From the NCBI GenBank assembly GCA_047495785.1, contig JBLDXI010000031.1, forward strand, positions 744,001-808,000: 64,000 nt of DNA, given 5' to 3'. Of this stretch, positions 14,008 to 27,200 are shown piece by piece. Numbering within the stretch: the stretch's first letter is position 1; the number at the start of each line of letters is the position of its first letter. The notes beneath the pieces are model-generated. The model had not been told where the DNA came from, searched no databases, and was given only the letters and a program-made list of their open reading frames with translations. Both the position numbers and the translations under genes were made by a program. The stretch is from Lepidodermella squamata. Taxonomy: Eukaryota; Animalia; Gastrotricha.

Positions 14008-15257
14008 TGGAATTTAAAGGCTTATTGGGTATCCTGACCCTTCCTCGACAATTCATTTTTTAGGGACATGTAAAATGAAGTAGTGCTTATTTCCTAAAAT
14101 TCAACTTCTGTCTAGTTTTTCAACGTTTCTAGCTTTATTTTGCGTGGGGCAGTGCTCCGCAAACTCGGTGTTTTCGGTCGCATGCGGCCGACTGAGCAAT
14201 CTATTGCTGCCGGAAGGTGGTTATCTTGGGATTGCTGGAATGCTGTTTCGCGTGTTAATTTCTCGATTTGGTCAGACTTATGAAAGTTAACCTCTTTGCT
14301 TCGTCATTTGTAATAAAGCCGCCGGAACGTTTTACGTTTCTTGTGACGCTGCTTCGCCCCGGATGCCATCAGCACCGATGCCTCGCCGCCGAGAAGGAAC
14401 TTCGCCTGGCACTGACATCGTTCGTAGCCGGACTTTCGCATGTCGTCACCGTTTGCGAGGTCTCTTTATAATTCAAAATGTCTTTCAACCACTATGAATC
14501 GCCAAATAATCCAATAATCGATTAGCGCAGACCCCTGATTGTTGATAATAGATTCCTTTCATAAGCACGCCTTCCTGAGGCGTGCTACTCAGTTTTGTTC
14601 ATTGGTCTGGCACGAGTCTGGGCCACGCTATCATCACCCGAGGTAATAGGCACTTAAAATCCACAACTTCATCATGAAAGTATATTCTTCCTTATCAAAT
14701 AATAATTTCTGAATTTTGCTGTTGAAAAAAGAGTTTGATGATAGAAAAAGTAATTTGATGTTGAAAATAGTGAATTTTATGTAAAAAAAATATTTTCCGA
14801 TACCGATCGACCAATAAAGCCAGCAATGTGCGAGTGATGCTGTGTGAGTTAGCGAACGATGCAATCGAACATAAAAAATGATGATCGATATCTGAAAGTA
14901 GGGAAGAAATTGACGGTGATTAAATCGAAATAAAAATGGCAGTTGTCGCTTGATAAGTGATTTTTTACATCTTCACGGTTTGACAAATTTTGAAAATTAA
15001 GCAACAAACCTCTGCAATTAATTTATGACTTTCAGTAATAGCAAGGAAACTGGAGAATTTCAAGTCACAAAGTCACCATGGTCCATATGGTTGAAAACAG
15101 GAATAAAACAGGGTTTCAGATGAAGCTTACTTTTATTAAATAAGTAACGAGTTCTCTTTCAAATAATTTAATGAACAGTCCATAATTATGGGAATAAATC
15201 ATAATTGGAAGTTTTAGGAAAGAGAATTTGAAGTTCTTGGCTTCTTCTAGTTAACGG

Positions 15258-18200
15258 TTAACGAGGAATTTGCTGACACAGCATGCGCAGCTGGGGTGAA
15301 ACGCAGTTAACATCTTGAATCTTGCCATCCGGACGAAGCATCACACCTGTAAGTAATAACAATTAGAGCCGCGTTTGTGATTCAGTTTTTCAAATCAAAG
15401 ATATTACATTGCCTCGAAGCAATCGACGATGGCGAACCACTGGCCCAGAGTGAGTTTGAAGTCGGAATAACTTCTGCATTTATCCATTCGAAAAGAGTCA
15501 AGTCATCGCTGCGTCTGGCGCCAACAAAAGCCGTCTGGGAGCCTGAAGGGTTGACTGAGCGTAGCAGGTTCACAGCTGTATTGAACTCCGATGGTGAGCT
15601 GAGGACGGAGAGATCAGCGCCCTGAGAAACTGAGTTACAAAACGACCGCATGCTCGCCCACGTTAACGCACTGGGCGGTGTAACCAACTGCATACTGCCC
15701 TGAAACACGGTCAAATGTAATTATTTCCACTCAATTTAAGTGATTTTACTCTTTGAAACATTTATGGAGATAAGCATTCATGGATACCATTCCAAAAATA
15801 TCTAAAATTACCGATGGCTGAGTGCAGAGGCCATAGCGCTGTGTTGCGCTGCAGTCAGCATCGATCAAGCCGACATTCGTAGTGATGTACGACAGAGCCA
15901 GACCTAGAGACAACAGGCAACACTTTGACCGCAATTCTGAGTTTTCATCGACTTACAGCTGCCGTCGCCGCTTGGCTCGTTAGGTAGAAACCCTGGGTAG
16001 GTGGATCTCGGGGTAACGCGATATTTAAAAGCATTCAGCCAGACAAATGGAGCCATAGCGCCGATGAAAACATTCGCGCCATTAGCTACTGCTAAAGCTC
16101 GAGCCAAGTCATCCGACGATCGTATGATGGCTGTGCGTAGTCCTAGGGTCGAACAAGCAGAAACTCCAATCGCGAAAGTACCAATGGCCCCGGTGACATT
16201 ATACTTGGCTGGAAATACGACCGAAAGTCATGGCAAAAACCTAAAGCTTTGTTACATACACGTTTCGCAAGTCGGCCCGTCCCATGCATCAGTGCAAAGG
16301 CAAACTCCCAGATCACCGCACGTTCCGCCGTTGTTACAAGGTGGATTGCAAACAGCTATGAATGAAAAAGGAAGATGAACGAAGATGAGGATGAATAAAC
16401 TTATGACGTTTCAGATAATACCCGTGTAACGCTCGCAAATGGCGACGAACTTGTCGTAGGGGAGCCCAGTTCTGAGATTCCCAGTCGATTTGATTCGAAC
16501 GCCTTGGAATGAGACAAACCTATTGAAAAACGAAGTCCAAATGAGGGAAATATTACCAGCTCTAAGCGGATCGCCGAAGCTGCCACTGTCAAACGTGTAC
16601 CACGAGCTCGTGGGTGGAATTGCTTGCTTGTTTACCCAGTTGAAGCCGTAATAACCAGCGGACTGGTCATAGCTCCGCCTCGCCCCAACAGCAACGACGT
16701 TGTAACCACCGATCGTGAAAAGCAAGTAGACGGCATTTATGTAAGCATCGAAATCGTTCAGAATCGCCAATTTCAATCCGAGATTGCTGCAGTAAGTATT
16801 AGCTTCAAACCATGAGACAGTGAAAATCGGGCGGTAGGCTTGGATAGCATACTATGGATGGGAAAAATTTTTTGTAAGAATTACTGCTGAAAAATTGCGA
16901 GCTTACAGATTGAGTATCTTGACAAAGAACGAATGTCCTCTTGCTAGTACAATCACCTTCAATGAAGCCATTCGAATTCATGTCAGTCACGGCTAATTCT
17001 AGACCTGAAAACGACAGGAGAATAAGATAGTTCGATGCCTCTTGAAAAGGTAGCGATTCCGTGGTTAGCAAATTCGTGAAAATGGCTCTTTAAATCGCTA
17101 CCCATAAAGGTTGGCAAAATCAAAATAAATTGACTCTTACACAGTCCATTTTGATTCCAATTCACCCAGCGAGACGAGAGCCAGTCTAAAACGGTGTTTG
17201 CATTGTCCAGCCATTTATAAGTCGTGACGCCGCCAATGTAAGCTTCAGCATAGCCATTGCTTCTGATCAGCGAAAGCACATCGTTAAGGTCGTCAGCATC
17301 CTTCAACACCGCTGGGCGATCGCCATTGCTGCGGCAGGTTCTCATGTAAGTTGGAAGATCAACTGTAGCCGGGCTGTTTATGTAATACTTCGCTGAAAAA
17401 GGATAGTTACGAGTCGAATGCGATATAGGTATTCAGCGGAAAGCTACCAATGCATGTAAGCGATGCGCTGCATTCCTGATTAGAACCACAATCTGGATTG
17501 CACACATCTGAAAAAGCAATAACAGGCTTCTAATGCAAGGTTTCGCCAGAATGGTCCCTACATTTGCAAACATTGGGCGATACACACGCTTGATTTGTGC
17601 CACAAGCAGGGGTGCATATTCCTGAAATGAAAAAATTACGTTTTATTCGGTATTTTAGAATAAAGGTTCAAATTCCAAGGGTTCTTGAATTAAAAATAGC
17701 AGCCCCAATTTAGTCAAATTCCGAAAATGTATGGGTTCCTGGAAACCGAAACCAATTTGGGTGTCTTACCTGTGGTGCAATTCGTTCCAGTCCATCCTGC
17801 TTTGCAGGCGCAAGTATTTGGCTGAACGCACAGCTGGTTAGCATTGCAGTTGGTACAGATAGCTGCAAATTGATAATTTGAAAATCCTATTTTTTGCTGA
17901 AGCATCCAGCCTACCTGTCGTGCAAGAGCTGCCAGTCCATCCTGGTTTGCATGTGCAGTTGTATGGCTGAATGCATTGCTGATTTGTCCCGTTGCAATTG
18001 GAACAGATGGCTAATTATTACAAACAATCAAAACAGGTAATTTGTATTGTATTGAGGCTAACCTGAGTCACAAAGTGAGCCGCTCCAGCCATCCACACAT
18101 GTACAATTGTTGGGCAAAAGGCATTGCTGATACTGACCGGTACAGCTCGGACAAAACGCTGTTTAACCAATGAGAGAATTCTCAATGCTATAACCGGAAA

Positions 18201-21200
18201 AGGGTTGAAACTCACGCGTTGTACAATTCGAACCAGTCCAGCCAGATTTACACGTGCAATTATCCGGCCTCAAGCATTGCTGGTTATCATTGCAGCGCGG
18301 GTTCAAGCAAATAGCTAGAAGTGAATGGGGCGATGTTGATATTCTTCTTGAATTTCATTCTTCAATGAAAGCTACCCGTGTTGCAGCTGGAACCAGTCCA
18401 GCCCAATTTGCACGTACAGGTGTTGGGGGCTGTACAAAGTTGGTTCGGGTTGCAGCTGCTACAGATCGCTATATAAGCAAGCACATCAGAATCATATGAT
18501 TACGAATTCGGGAAAAATATCATTACGATTATCGCAAGTGGTGCCACTCCATCCAGTTTTGCAAAGACAAATGTTACTGGCAGGAAGAGCCATGCAGTAC
18601 TGGTTGGCCCCAGCACAGTTTGGGCAGACGGCTTTTCACAGCAATTGTCAAATGGCTTCAAAATAAGGTCAAGTAAATTCGACTTACGCGTGGTGCAATT
18701 TTCACCCGTGAATCCCGTTTTGCATGTGCAGACATTAGTGCCATTCACAGTCGCGCAAACTCTATTCGTTCCTGTACAGTTCGGGCAGAATGCTGTTCAA
18801 TAAGACTGATTGATAAGCTAGAATGAAAAAGCAAAATCAGCTCACGTGTCGCGCAATTAGTGCCAGTCCATTCAGGTTTGCAGGTGCAGTTGTTCGGTCC
18901 CACGCAAAGTTGGTTTGCATTGCAGTTGAAACAAATCGCTGGAAGAAATCAGAATAAATTACACTTAAAAAGTTCAATGGGATTATCATACGAGTTTCAC
19001 ATTTCGTGCCGGTCCAACCCGAATTGCAGATGCAGATGTTCGAAGTGTTGCTCTGGGATACGCATCTTTGAGTTTTGCTATCGCAGTTAAGGCAGAATAC
19101 TGTCAAAAAAACATAAAGCCTCAATCCATCTTGATTTAGTCATGATGTTCTGTTTACGCGTAGTGCAAGTTGATCCAGTCCATAAAGGCTTGCATGTGCA
19201 GGTCTCAGGGAGCAGACACTGTTGAGTGTTCCCAGTACAATTGGAGCAGATCGCTAAATAATAGAAATATGAATATTATTAGGAATTTTGTGTATTTAAG
19301 CTCACCGGTATCGCAAAGTGTTCCATTCCACCCAGTTTTGCAACTGCAAACATTGGTGTTGCTGGAAAGAGTTGTACAGATTTGGTTCGGGCCGTCGCAG
19401 TTCGAACAAAATGCTGCAGTGAAAAATTACATAAATTCAGTTCATCCTTTTGTTTCCAACTTTTTCGTAAAATTGAAGCTCTACAATAATCTGAGATCGC
19501 AATTCGGCCCCGAAGTTCTAAATAAAATCTTGGCGATTGGCGATTCAACTTCACGAATTAACTAAGGCCCATCGATGGACCATATGATAAAGGTGAACAT
19601 ACGGGTGGTGCAATTGGGGCCAGTCCAAGTCGGTCGACAAGTGCACTCGTTTGGTATCAGGCATTGGCGATAGATGTTTGTGCAGTCCGGCGGACACATT
19701 GCTAATAAATAAACCGAACTTTTTAAAATCGAATTCAGCAACCAGTTTTCAATTACGTATAGAACAGGCCGGACCGAACCATCCCGGTTTGCATGTGCAG
19801 TTACCCGGGCTTAGACATTCCTGGCCAACACCAGTGCAGTTGGAGCATAAGGCTGTCAAAAACATTAATAATTTGATTATGGTGATGATGAAAAGAGATG
19901 GAGGGAGGAGATAGAAATCAAGGGAATAACTTACCATCAGTGCAGACAAAGCCAGTCCATCCCGGTAAGCAGGAGCAAGTGCCAGACAGAAGACATATTT
20001 GATTAGGGCCTCTGCAGTTGGCACAGGGGTTAAATGTACCTTGAAAGGGTCCCTCATTGATTGGACCTCTCGGTATCACTGAACAAATAGCACAAAATAA
20101 GTTTGATTGGTGAATTTCCTTTCTTATGTAGCAAACCTGTCAAGCAGTCTTCGCCTCGCCAGCCGGCTTTGCATGTACAAGCGTTTGGGGCGGAACAAAC
20201 TTTGTTGGTGCCGCATTGAATGTCGCATATTGCTATGAAAATAATTCAAATTCTTATTCAGAATAAAATCATAAAATCCTAACCAGTTTCGCACGTGAGA
20301 CCTTGATAACCGCTCGGACAGTCGCAACGCTTTTTCAGAAAACTGTAAGCTCCTCCGTGTTCACAAAAAGCCTGAGGTAAAAAGGGGAATCGTGGATTGA
20401 TTTAAAATGAAATTAATGTCGTCAATCACAATATCGTGGTACATGACACATACATATGTTTTATATTAATTGAAGCGCTACCGATGATAGTTTAAATTTA
20501 AAACGTGAATGAACCAAAAACCAAAATAGGGTCAAGCAATTTAGCAAGTTCAACCAATGATAATCCAATTACGACAAGTTCAACTCACGGCGTCATCAAA
20601 GGGTACGAGCTGGAGGCATTCGGCATAGTTGTCTGCGAAATCTTTCGAGGCTGCGAATACCTTTTTCTAAAATTGAGATTATTTGATTTTAAGAAAAAAA
20701 ATTGCAAATTTGAAATAGTGCGCAACTTACACATTGCCAACCACGGGGGCACTGGCTATAGCAAGATTTCTCCCCAGATCTCTCGCAGAGGGCAGCATTC
20801 TACAAACGCAGATAGAAAAGCTTGATCTAGTGAGAAATGAGGGGGCTTTTACGCAACTCACCCATTTCAAACAGCTGGCTTTATTTATAAACTCGCGTGG
20901 CGAGTAGATTGACGTCTCAATAACTTCGTCGCATTGAAGCTTGCACCCTAAGAACTCCCGCCGTTCCCGGCTGAAGCACCGAACATGAACCATTTCATCA
21001 TCGGGTACACCAACTGAAAGAAAATAATGACGAGATTTGCTTTCAGTTTATAAATCAGCTCACTATCATCGGCGGAGCAATCCGATAAACCATGGAAAAC
21101 TTGCCCCGGTCGCTTGAACAAAAACATTAAAAAAAAAATCCATAGACATATTTTTCCAAGCTTACTGTGCCGCCTGGACAACGGAATTCAATAGGGACGC

Positions 21201-22202
21201 AGGTAACCAATTTCCCTGCTTTTAGACATCTCTTGAAAGTCTGATGCTGAAATGACAATTATTAGTATGTGATGGTTCTCGATTCTCATAAACCCACTGC
21301 GAAATCGGCTGACGACTCCTCGCAGTCTTCCCAATTGTTCTTCAACGAATAGCGGCCATCAAAGACATCGAGCTGTAATGACAGCGAAATTCGCAATTAG
21401 ATAGTGATATGAAAAATGATCTTTCAAATCAGGTTCGAAATAAGCCATCATCAAAGCGACTCAAAATATATTGGGTATGTCTTTTTCACCCGACCAATGT
21501 CTTTTTTATCCGACAACCAAAAATGTGACTAAAATCATCCGACATGAAAATATCGGTTTTATTATCCAAGTTCGATTTTTCCATATTTTCGATAATTTGG
21601 CTTTTGAACCGGAAGAATGTTATGGTGAAAGATTTATGGCTATCCGAGTGGTCACTTTTTTACTTTTACTTTTTTTTAAACAAGTATGAACCAGCAAGCA
21701 GTCACATTTTTTATTTTTGGTTGTCGAAAGAAATAAGACATTGGTCGAATGAAAAAAATTCTCCCCAAGATGAACTGTTTATTTTATAAATGCATAATTT
21801 CAAAAAGCTCACTTCTATCTCGTCTTGTCGGCAACTTGTTTCTTCCTGGCGGCAAATCGGAGTGAGTGCTTCGAATTTGTAACAAATTTTCGCTGCCTAT
21901 TACGAAAAAAGGGCATCAACATGAACAATATGGCAAAAATGGACTCACTCCATAATCACACATTTTAATATCTGAATAGCAGGGGCCACGCTGCAATAGA
22001 AAAGAAAGTTGAAAATGTTGAGGGTGAAAGGTGAAATTGGCAAATCTACCTGATATTCTTGAAGAGCTACGCAGCCATTAGATTGTTTTCGGCACCGGCC
22101 GAATTTGCTGTCGTATTGCGAGAAGCACCTGATCCACATCTCGCTATTGACACCATACGCAGATAGAGAAGCCACGAGAATTGTTATCTCGAAGCCAAAC
22201 AT
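15258..22202 (-). CDS. Secreted EGF-repeat / C-type lectin multidomain protein, copy B (multi-exon)
   Basis: Exon-by-exon paralogue of copy A; start MFGFEITILVASLSAYGVNS, same last exon ending CQQIPR*. Confidence 0.85.
21482..21758. mobile_element. MITE-like insertion in an intron of copy B
   Basis: Imperfect ~50-bp inverted arms (TTTTCACCCGACCAATGTCTT..CGACAACCAAAAATGTGACT / AGTCACATT..TTGGTTGTCG..AAGACATTGGTCGAATGAAAA). The same intron is much shorter in copies A and C. Confidence 0.55.
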
Positions 22203-24253
22203 TGTTTCGACAAAAAATGAAGGCAGTGGCTGAGCAAAAATTGAATTTAAAGAATTTATTTCCTGGAAAATAATCTGCATGCGTTAGGATTGTTTAACCT
22301 TATTTCTGCGCGCGTGTGTGTCATGGCACAGATATAAATAATTGGCTGCTATTAATCAAAACATGGCGACAGCGGTGTGGGGCAAAGAATTTAGCACGTC
22401 TTTGATTTCATTTTTGGCTCGTCGTTGGTTGCTTCTAGATCTGGTTTAAATGAAACACAATGAAAATCTTCACGGTGGGTGCCATCATTTACACTGGATT
22501 AAGAAGACGTTTTTTAACCCAATATAATATGCTATGTTTTTGTTTTCAAAATCAGATCAATAAACATTTAAAAGTGGGACGTGATGTTGTATTGCTGTTT
22601 TGTATTTATATTATTTCATCTTTTCCAAATCGGAATTTCACCCTCAAAAAATCCTCAAACAAATATTAGGATAACAGCAATTATTAGTATCAGGAATAAG
22701 AATTCAAAGCTTCGCCCCTTAGTTGTATCTCAATGTCTAGGTTCATCAAGGATGCTGAGAATAGGAGTGAAAATTGCGGGCTTGAACTATGATATGTAGA
22801 CCTCACGACCTCAGTGAACTACTTTCTTGAGAGAAAAGTCAACTCAAATAACAAGCAGAATGTTAATTACCGTAAATCGGGGTGGCTTTGGCCAGTGCGG
22901 TGACTTGTCAAAAGGGTGACTTTCGCCACTCAAATATCGATGCCGGCAAGGTATGGACCCCATGAGTGGGATACTTCTGGATAGCCCAAGGAAAGCCAGG
23001 TTCACCTGCACCCGCCAACGTCGGTATTTTTGCCATAATTTTAAGAGAAAAATTTAATTTCATTCTGAAATGAAGGTAAAAAAGGTGTTCCGCGTTCCGG
23101 CAGCACATCAATGCAGCTGAAATCTTCAACCCAAATGCAGGCTTAGGATACACGGTTTATGGTTTGGCTTAGGCTTCAATCAGGACTGTTGGATTCAATT
23201 GTATTCTAGGCTTCCCATTACCACAATATCACCATGATATCCATTCTCATTCTTCACAAACAAGAAATATTAAAATTATAGATCCATTGATATAAATCAA
23301 TTACAACAATTAATGACAATACAATATCACTGGATAAATTCATGAAATGGGATAGCCATGATCATAAATAAATAAGTTTCGAGATGAAATAGTTATCATA
23401 AAAGTAGGAGAAATGAAAATGTTCGTCTATAAAATAAATAATTGAAGCTAATATGGCTATATCTTGATTATAAAATGATAAATTTCAGCCACGTCGAAAA
23501 TTGGTGGAAGAATTGGGTGAATGCAAACAAATCAACATCACCCAGGCAACAGAGAAAAAACCCAGCGACGCACTTATGATTCATCGATAGCTCTTGAGCA
23601 ACCCTCGATAAGAGCAATAGCGTGGACCCAGCCCCCTTGCTTATATCGGGGGAGCACTGTAACCTGTAACTGTATCCTAAAAAAATGACCTTCGACCCTA
23701 ATTATTTCTGCCAAACAATCCAGCTTCGGGGTCCTAGCTTCGTCTCATGCCTTGGTATATCTTGAGAGTCTAGTTGCTTGAAGACCTTCATTAGGGTCTT
23801 TAATCAGGGTGCGAAGTACGTGGGTGCTGGGTGTCTCCGGGACGCCAACCAGATAAAGGCTGAAACCACATTGGGACCCTTTGGTTTCTTTGACAGGGTG
23901 CTAAAGAGCTGCCTCAGTTCCCGGATCCTACTTCGTACACTGCCTTTGATGGAGAATGGAGGAGCCTCTATCATAATAAGTCATCGCATTAGCTCATTCA
24001 ACCGATATAATTTTTCTCAGGAAATGATTTACCACAAGTTTAGCAAATTTCGCGTGCGGTTCGAGCCATGGTTGGAAGTAGGAAGTAGGAATAAAAAGTA
24101 GTGTTTTTAGATAAAAGCTTGCATTTATTAAATAAATAACGAGCAAATAATTTCAAATAATTGAATGAATAATCAATAGTCCATGGGCATGAATCAAAAT
24201 TGAAAGTTCTAAGAAAGAAAAGTGTAAAGCTCTTGGCTTCTCCCAATTAACGA

Positions 24254-27200
24254 TTAACGAGGAATTTGCTGACACAGCATGCGCAGCTGGGGTGAAACGC
24301 AGCTAACATCTTGAATCTTGCCATCTGGACGAAGCATCACGCCTGTAAGTAATAAGATTAATAGCAACTTGTGATTCAGTTATTCAAATGAGAATCATTA
24401 CATTGCCTCGAAGCAATCGACGATGGCGAGCCGCTGGCCCAGAGAGAGTTCGAAGTCGGAATAACATCTGCGTTTATCCATTCGAAAAGAGTCAAGTCAT
24501 CGCTGCGTCGACCGCCGACAAAAGCCGTCTGGGAGCCTGAGGGGTTGACGGAGCGCAGCAAATTTGCAGCTGTACCGAACTCCGACGGCGAGCTGAGGAC
24601 GGAGAGATCCGCACCAGGGTAAAGGGAGCTGCAATATGACCGCATACTTCCCCACGTCAACGCACCCGGCGGTGTAATCAACTGCATAGCGCCCTGAAAC
24701 ATAGTAAAATACAATGATAATGAAGGCCTCTGATAAGTATCATAGCCGAGACTAGCCATAACGTTTGATATTAAAATTTTAAATTATAAAAAACATATTC
24801 CTTTCGAGCAATGTTTCTTCTTGGTTCAACTGAACTAAATTCGTGAGATCCTAGCCTTTCGAAACATTTAGTTTTCAGTTTGTCGTCTCTGCCTAAATCC
24901 TAAAAAGTCGCTACAATTACCGTTGATTGAGTGCAAAGGCCGTGGCGCTGGCTTGCGCTGCAGTCAGCATCGATTAAGCCAACATTCGTTGTGGTGTACG
25001 ACAGCGCCAAACCTATTATCAGATCGGATGTTGCCCGTATTTCTAATGTTTCATCGACTTACAGTAGCCGTCGCCGCTTGGTTCGTTAGCAAGAAAGCCT
25101 GGTGTGGTAGATCTCGGGGTAACACGATTCTTTAAAGTATTCAGCCAGATGAAAGGAGACATAGCACCGATGAAAACATTCGCGCCATTTGCTACTGCTA
25201 AAGCTCGAGACAAGTCGTCCGACGATCGTATGATGGCTGTTCGTAGTCCCAAGGTCGAACAAGCTGAAAATCCACTCGCGAAGGTACCAACGGCTCCGGT
25301 GGTGTTATACTTGGCTAAAAATGAGACCGAAAAATTAGCTGAAATTCAGAGATTTCACACTCACAAATTTCGCAAGTCGGGCCGTCCCAGGCATCAGTGC
25401 AGAGGCAAACCCCAGTATCAGTACACGTTCCGCCGTTGTTACAAGAAGGATTGCAAACAGCTATGAATGAAATAGGAATTTTAACCGAAAACTTAAACGT
25501 GGTTAGTTTTACCAGTGTAACGCTCACAAATGGCAACGAACTTGTCGTAAGGGAGTCCAGTTCTGAGATTGCCAGTCGATTTGATTCGGACGCCTAGGAT
25601 TGAGACAATAACTATAGAAAAACGAAGTCTAAATGAGGAAATATATTACCAGCTCTCAACGAATCGCTGAAGCTTCCGCTGTCGAACGTGTACCAAGAGC
25701 TCGTGGTTGTTATCGCCTGTTTGTTAACCCAGTTGAAGGCGTAAGTTGTAGTGGACTGGTCATAGCTACGCCTTGCTCCAAGAGCTACGACATTGTAACC
25801 ACCGATCGTGATCAGCAAGTGGACGGCATTGATGTAAGCGTCGAAATCGTTTAGAATCGCTAATTTCAAGCCCAGATTGTTACAGTACGTATTAGCTTCA
25901 AACCAAGAGACGGTGAAAGTCGGGCGGTATGCTTGGATAGCATACTAAAGATGACAAAAAATCCTGTAAGAATTAATGCGGAAAAATTGCGAGCTTACTG
26001 ATTGAGTGTCCTGACAAAGAACGTATGTTCGCTTGCTGTAACAATCACCTTCAACGAAGCCATTCGTATTCATGTCGGAAACAACTAATTCGAGACCTGG
26101 AAACGACAGAAGAAAATTATTTTTTATATTCAAGCGATAATTCTGGGTAAATTCGAGGTTGTAAAAATGGTGAAATAAAGATTAACAGATTCCGTTTTGA
26201 TTCCAATTAGCCCAACGAGCAGAAATCCAGTCTAAAACGGTGTTTGCATTGTCCAGCCATTTGTAAGTCGTGACGCCGCCAATGTAAGCTTCAGCATATC
26301 CATTGCTTCTAATCAACGAAAGCACCTCGCCAAGGTCATCCGCATCCTTGAGCACCGCCGGGCGATCGCCATTGATACGGCAGGTTCTCAAGTAAGTTGG
26401 AAGATCAACAGTAGTCGGGCCGTGTATGTAATACTTGGCTGAAACAAAGTAATTGTCAACTGAGTCAACTGCGATATTCCTATCGAGCAAAACTCACTGA
26501 TGCAGGTCAGCGACGCGTTGCATTCTTGACTTGAAGGGCATGCTGGATTGCACGCATCTGAAAAAGCAATAATAAGCAAGGCTTTGAACGGCAGAATGAT
26601 TCTTACATTGGCAAACGTTAGGAGAGACACAGGCTTGATTGGTACCGCAAGCAGGTGTGCAAATTCCTGAAAGGGAAAACAATCTCATCAAAATTTGATT
26701 AGCAAAAAAATCGAAACAATAAATTCCAAAAAACCGCGAAAAAATACGTGATATCGGATCATTTAAATCAAATAAAAAAATCCAAAAGAAAAAATTGCAA
26801 GGAATATAAAAAAGAAAATTTCGGGGGGAATTAATGTAGCTTAGAAGAAAACAAACAATGATGCCAATAGAGAGAAAAATGCTAATAAAAAATTTGATAA
26901 TCACATAAACCTTGAATTTTGATGGTTTAGATTTTCTCTGATTTTCAATGCTGAAATAGTTGAAATTTACAATAAATTCCCTTACCTGTGGTGCAATTCG
27001 TTCCAGTCCATCCTGCTTTGCAGGCGCAAGTATTTGGTTGAACGCACAGCTGGTTAGCATTGCAGTTGGTACAGACAGCTGAAAAAATAGAATATGACAG
27101 TAGTTATTTTTGCCAAAGTAGAGATTAAATTCAGCTTACGTGTCGTGCAAGAGCTGCCAGTCCATCCTGGTTTGCATGTGCAGTTGTATGGCTGAAGGCA

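Noticed and set aside
22868-22932. TACCGTAAATCGGGG.. resembling a pogo/Tc1 TIR
   Set aside because: No matching opposite end or transposase found in the window.
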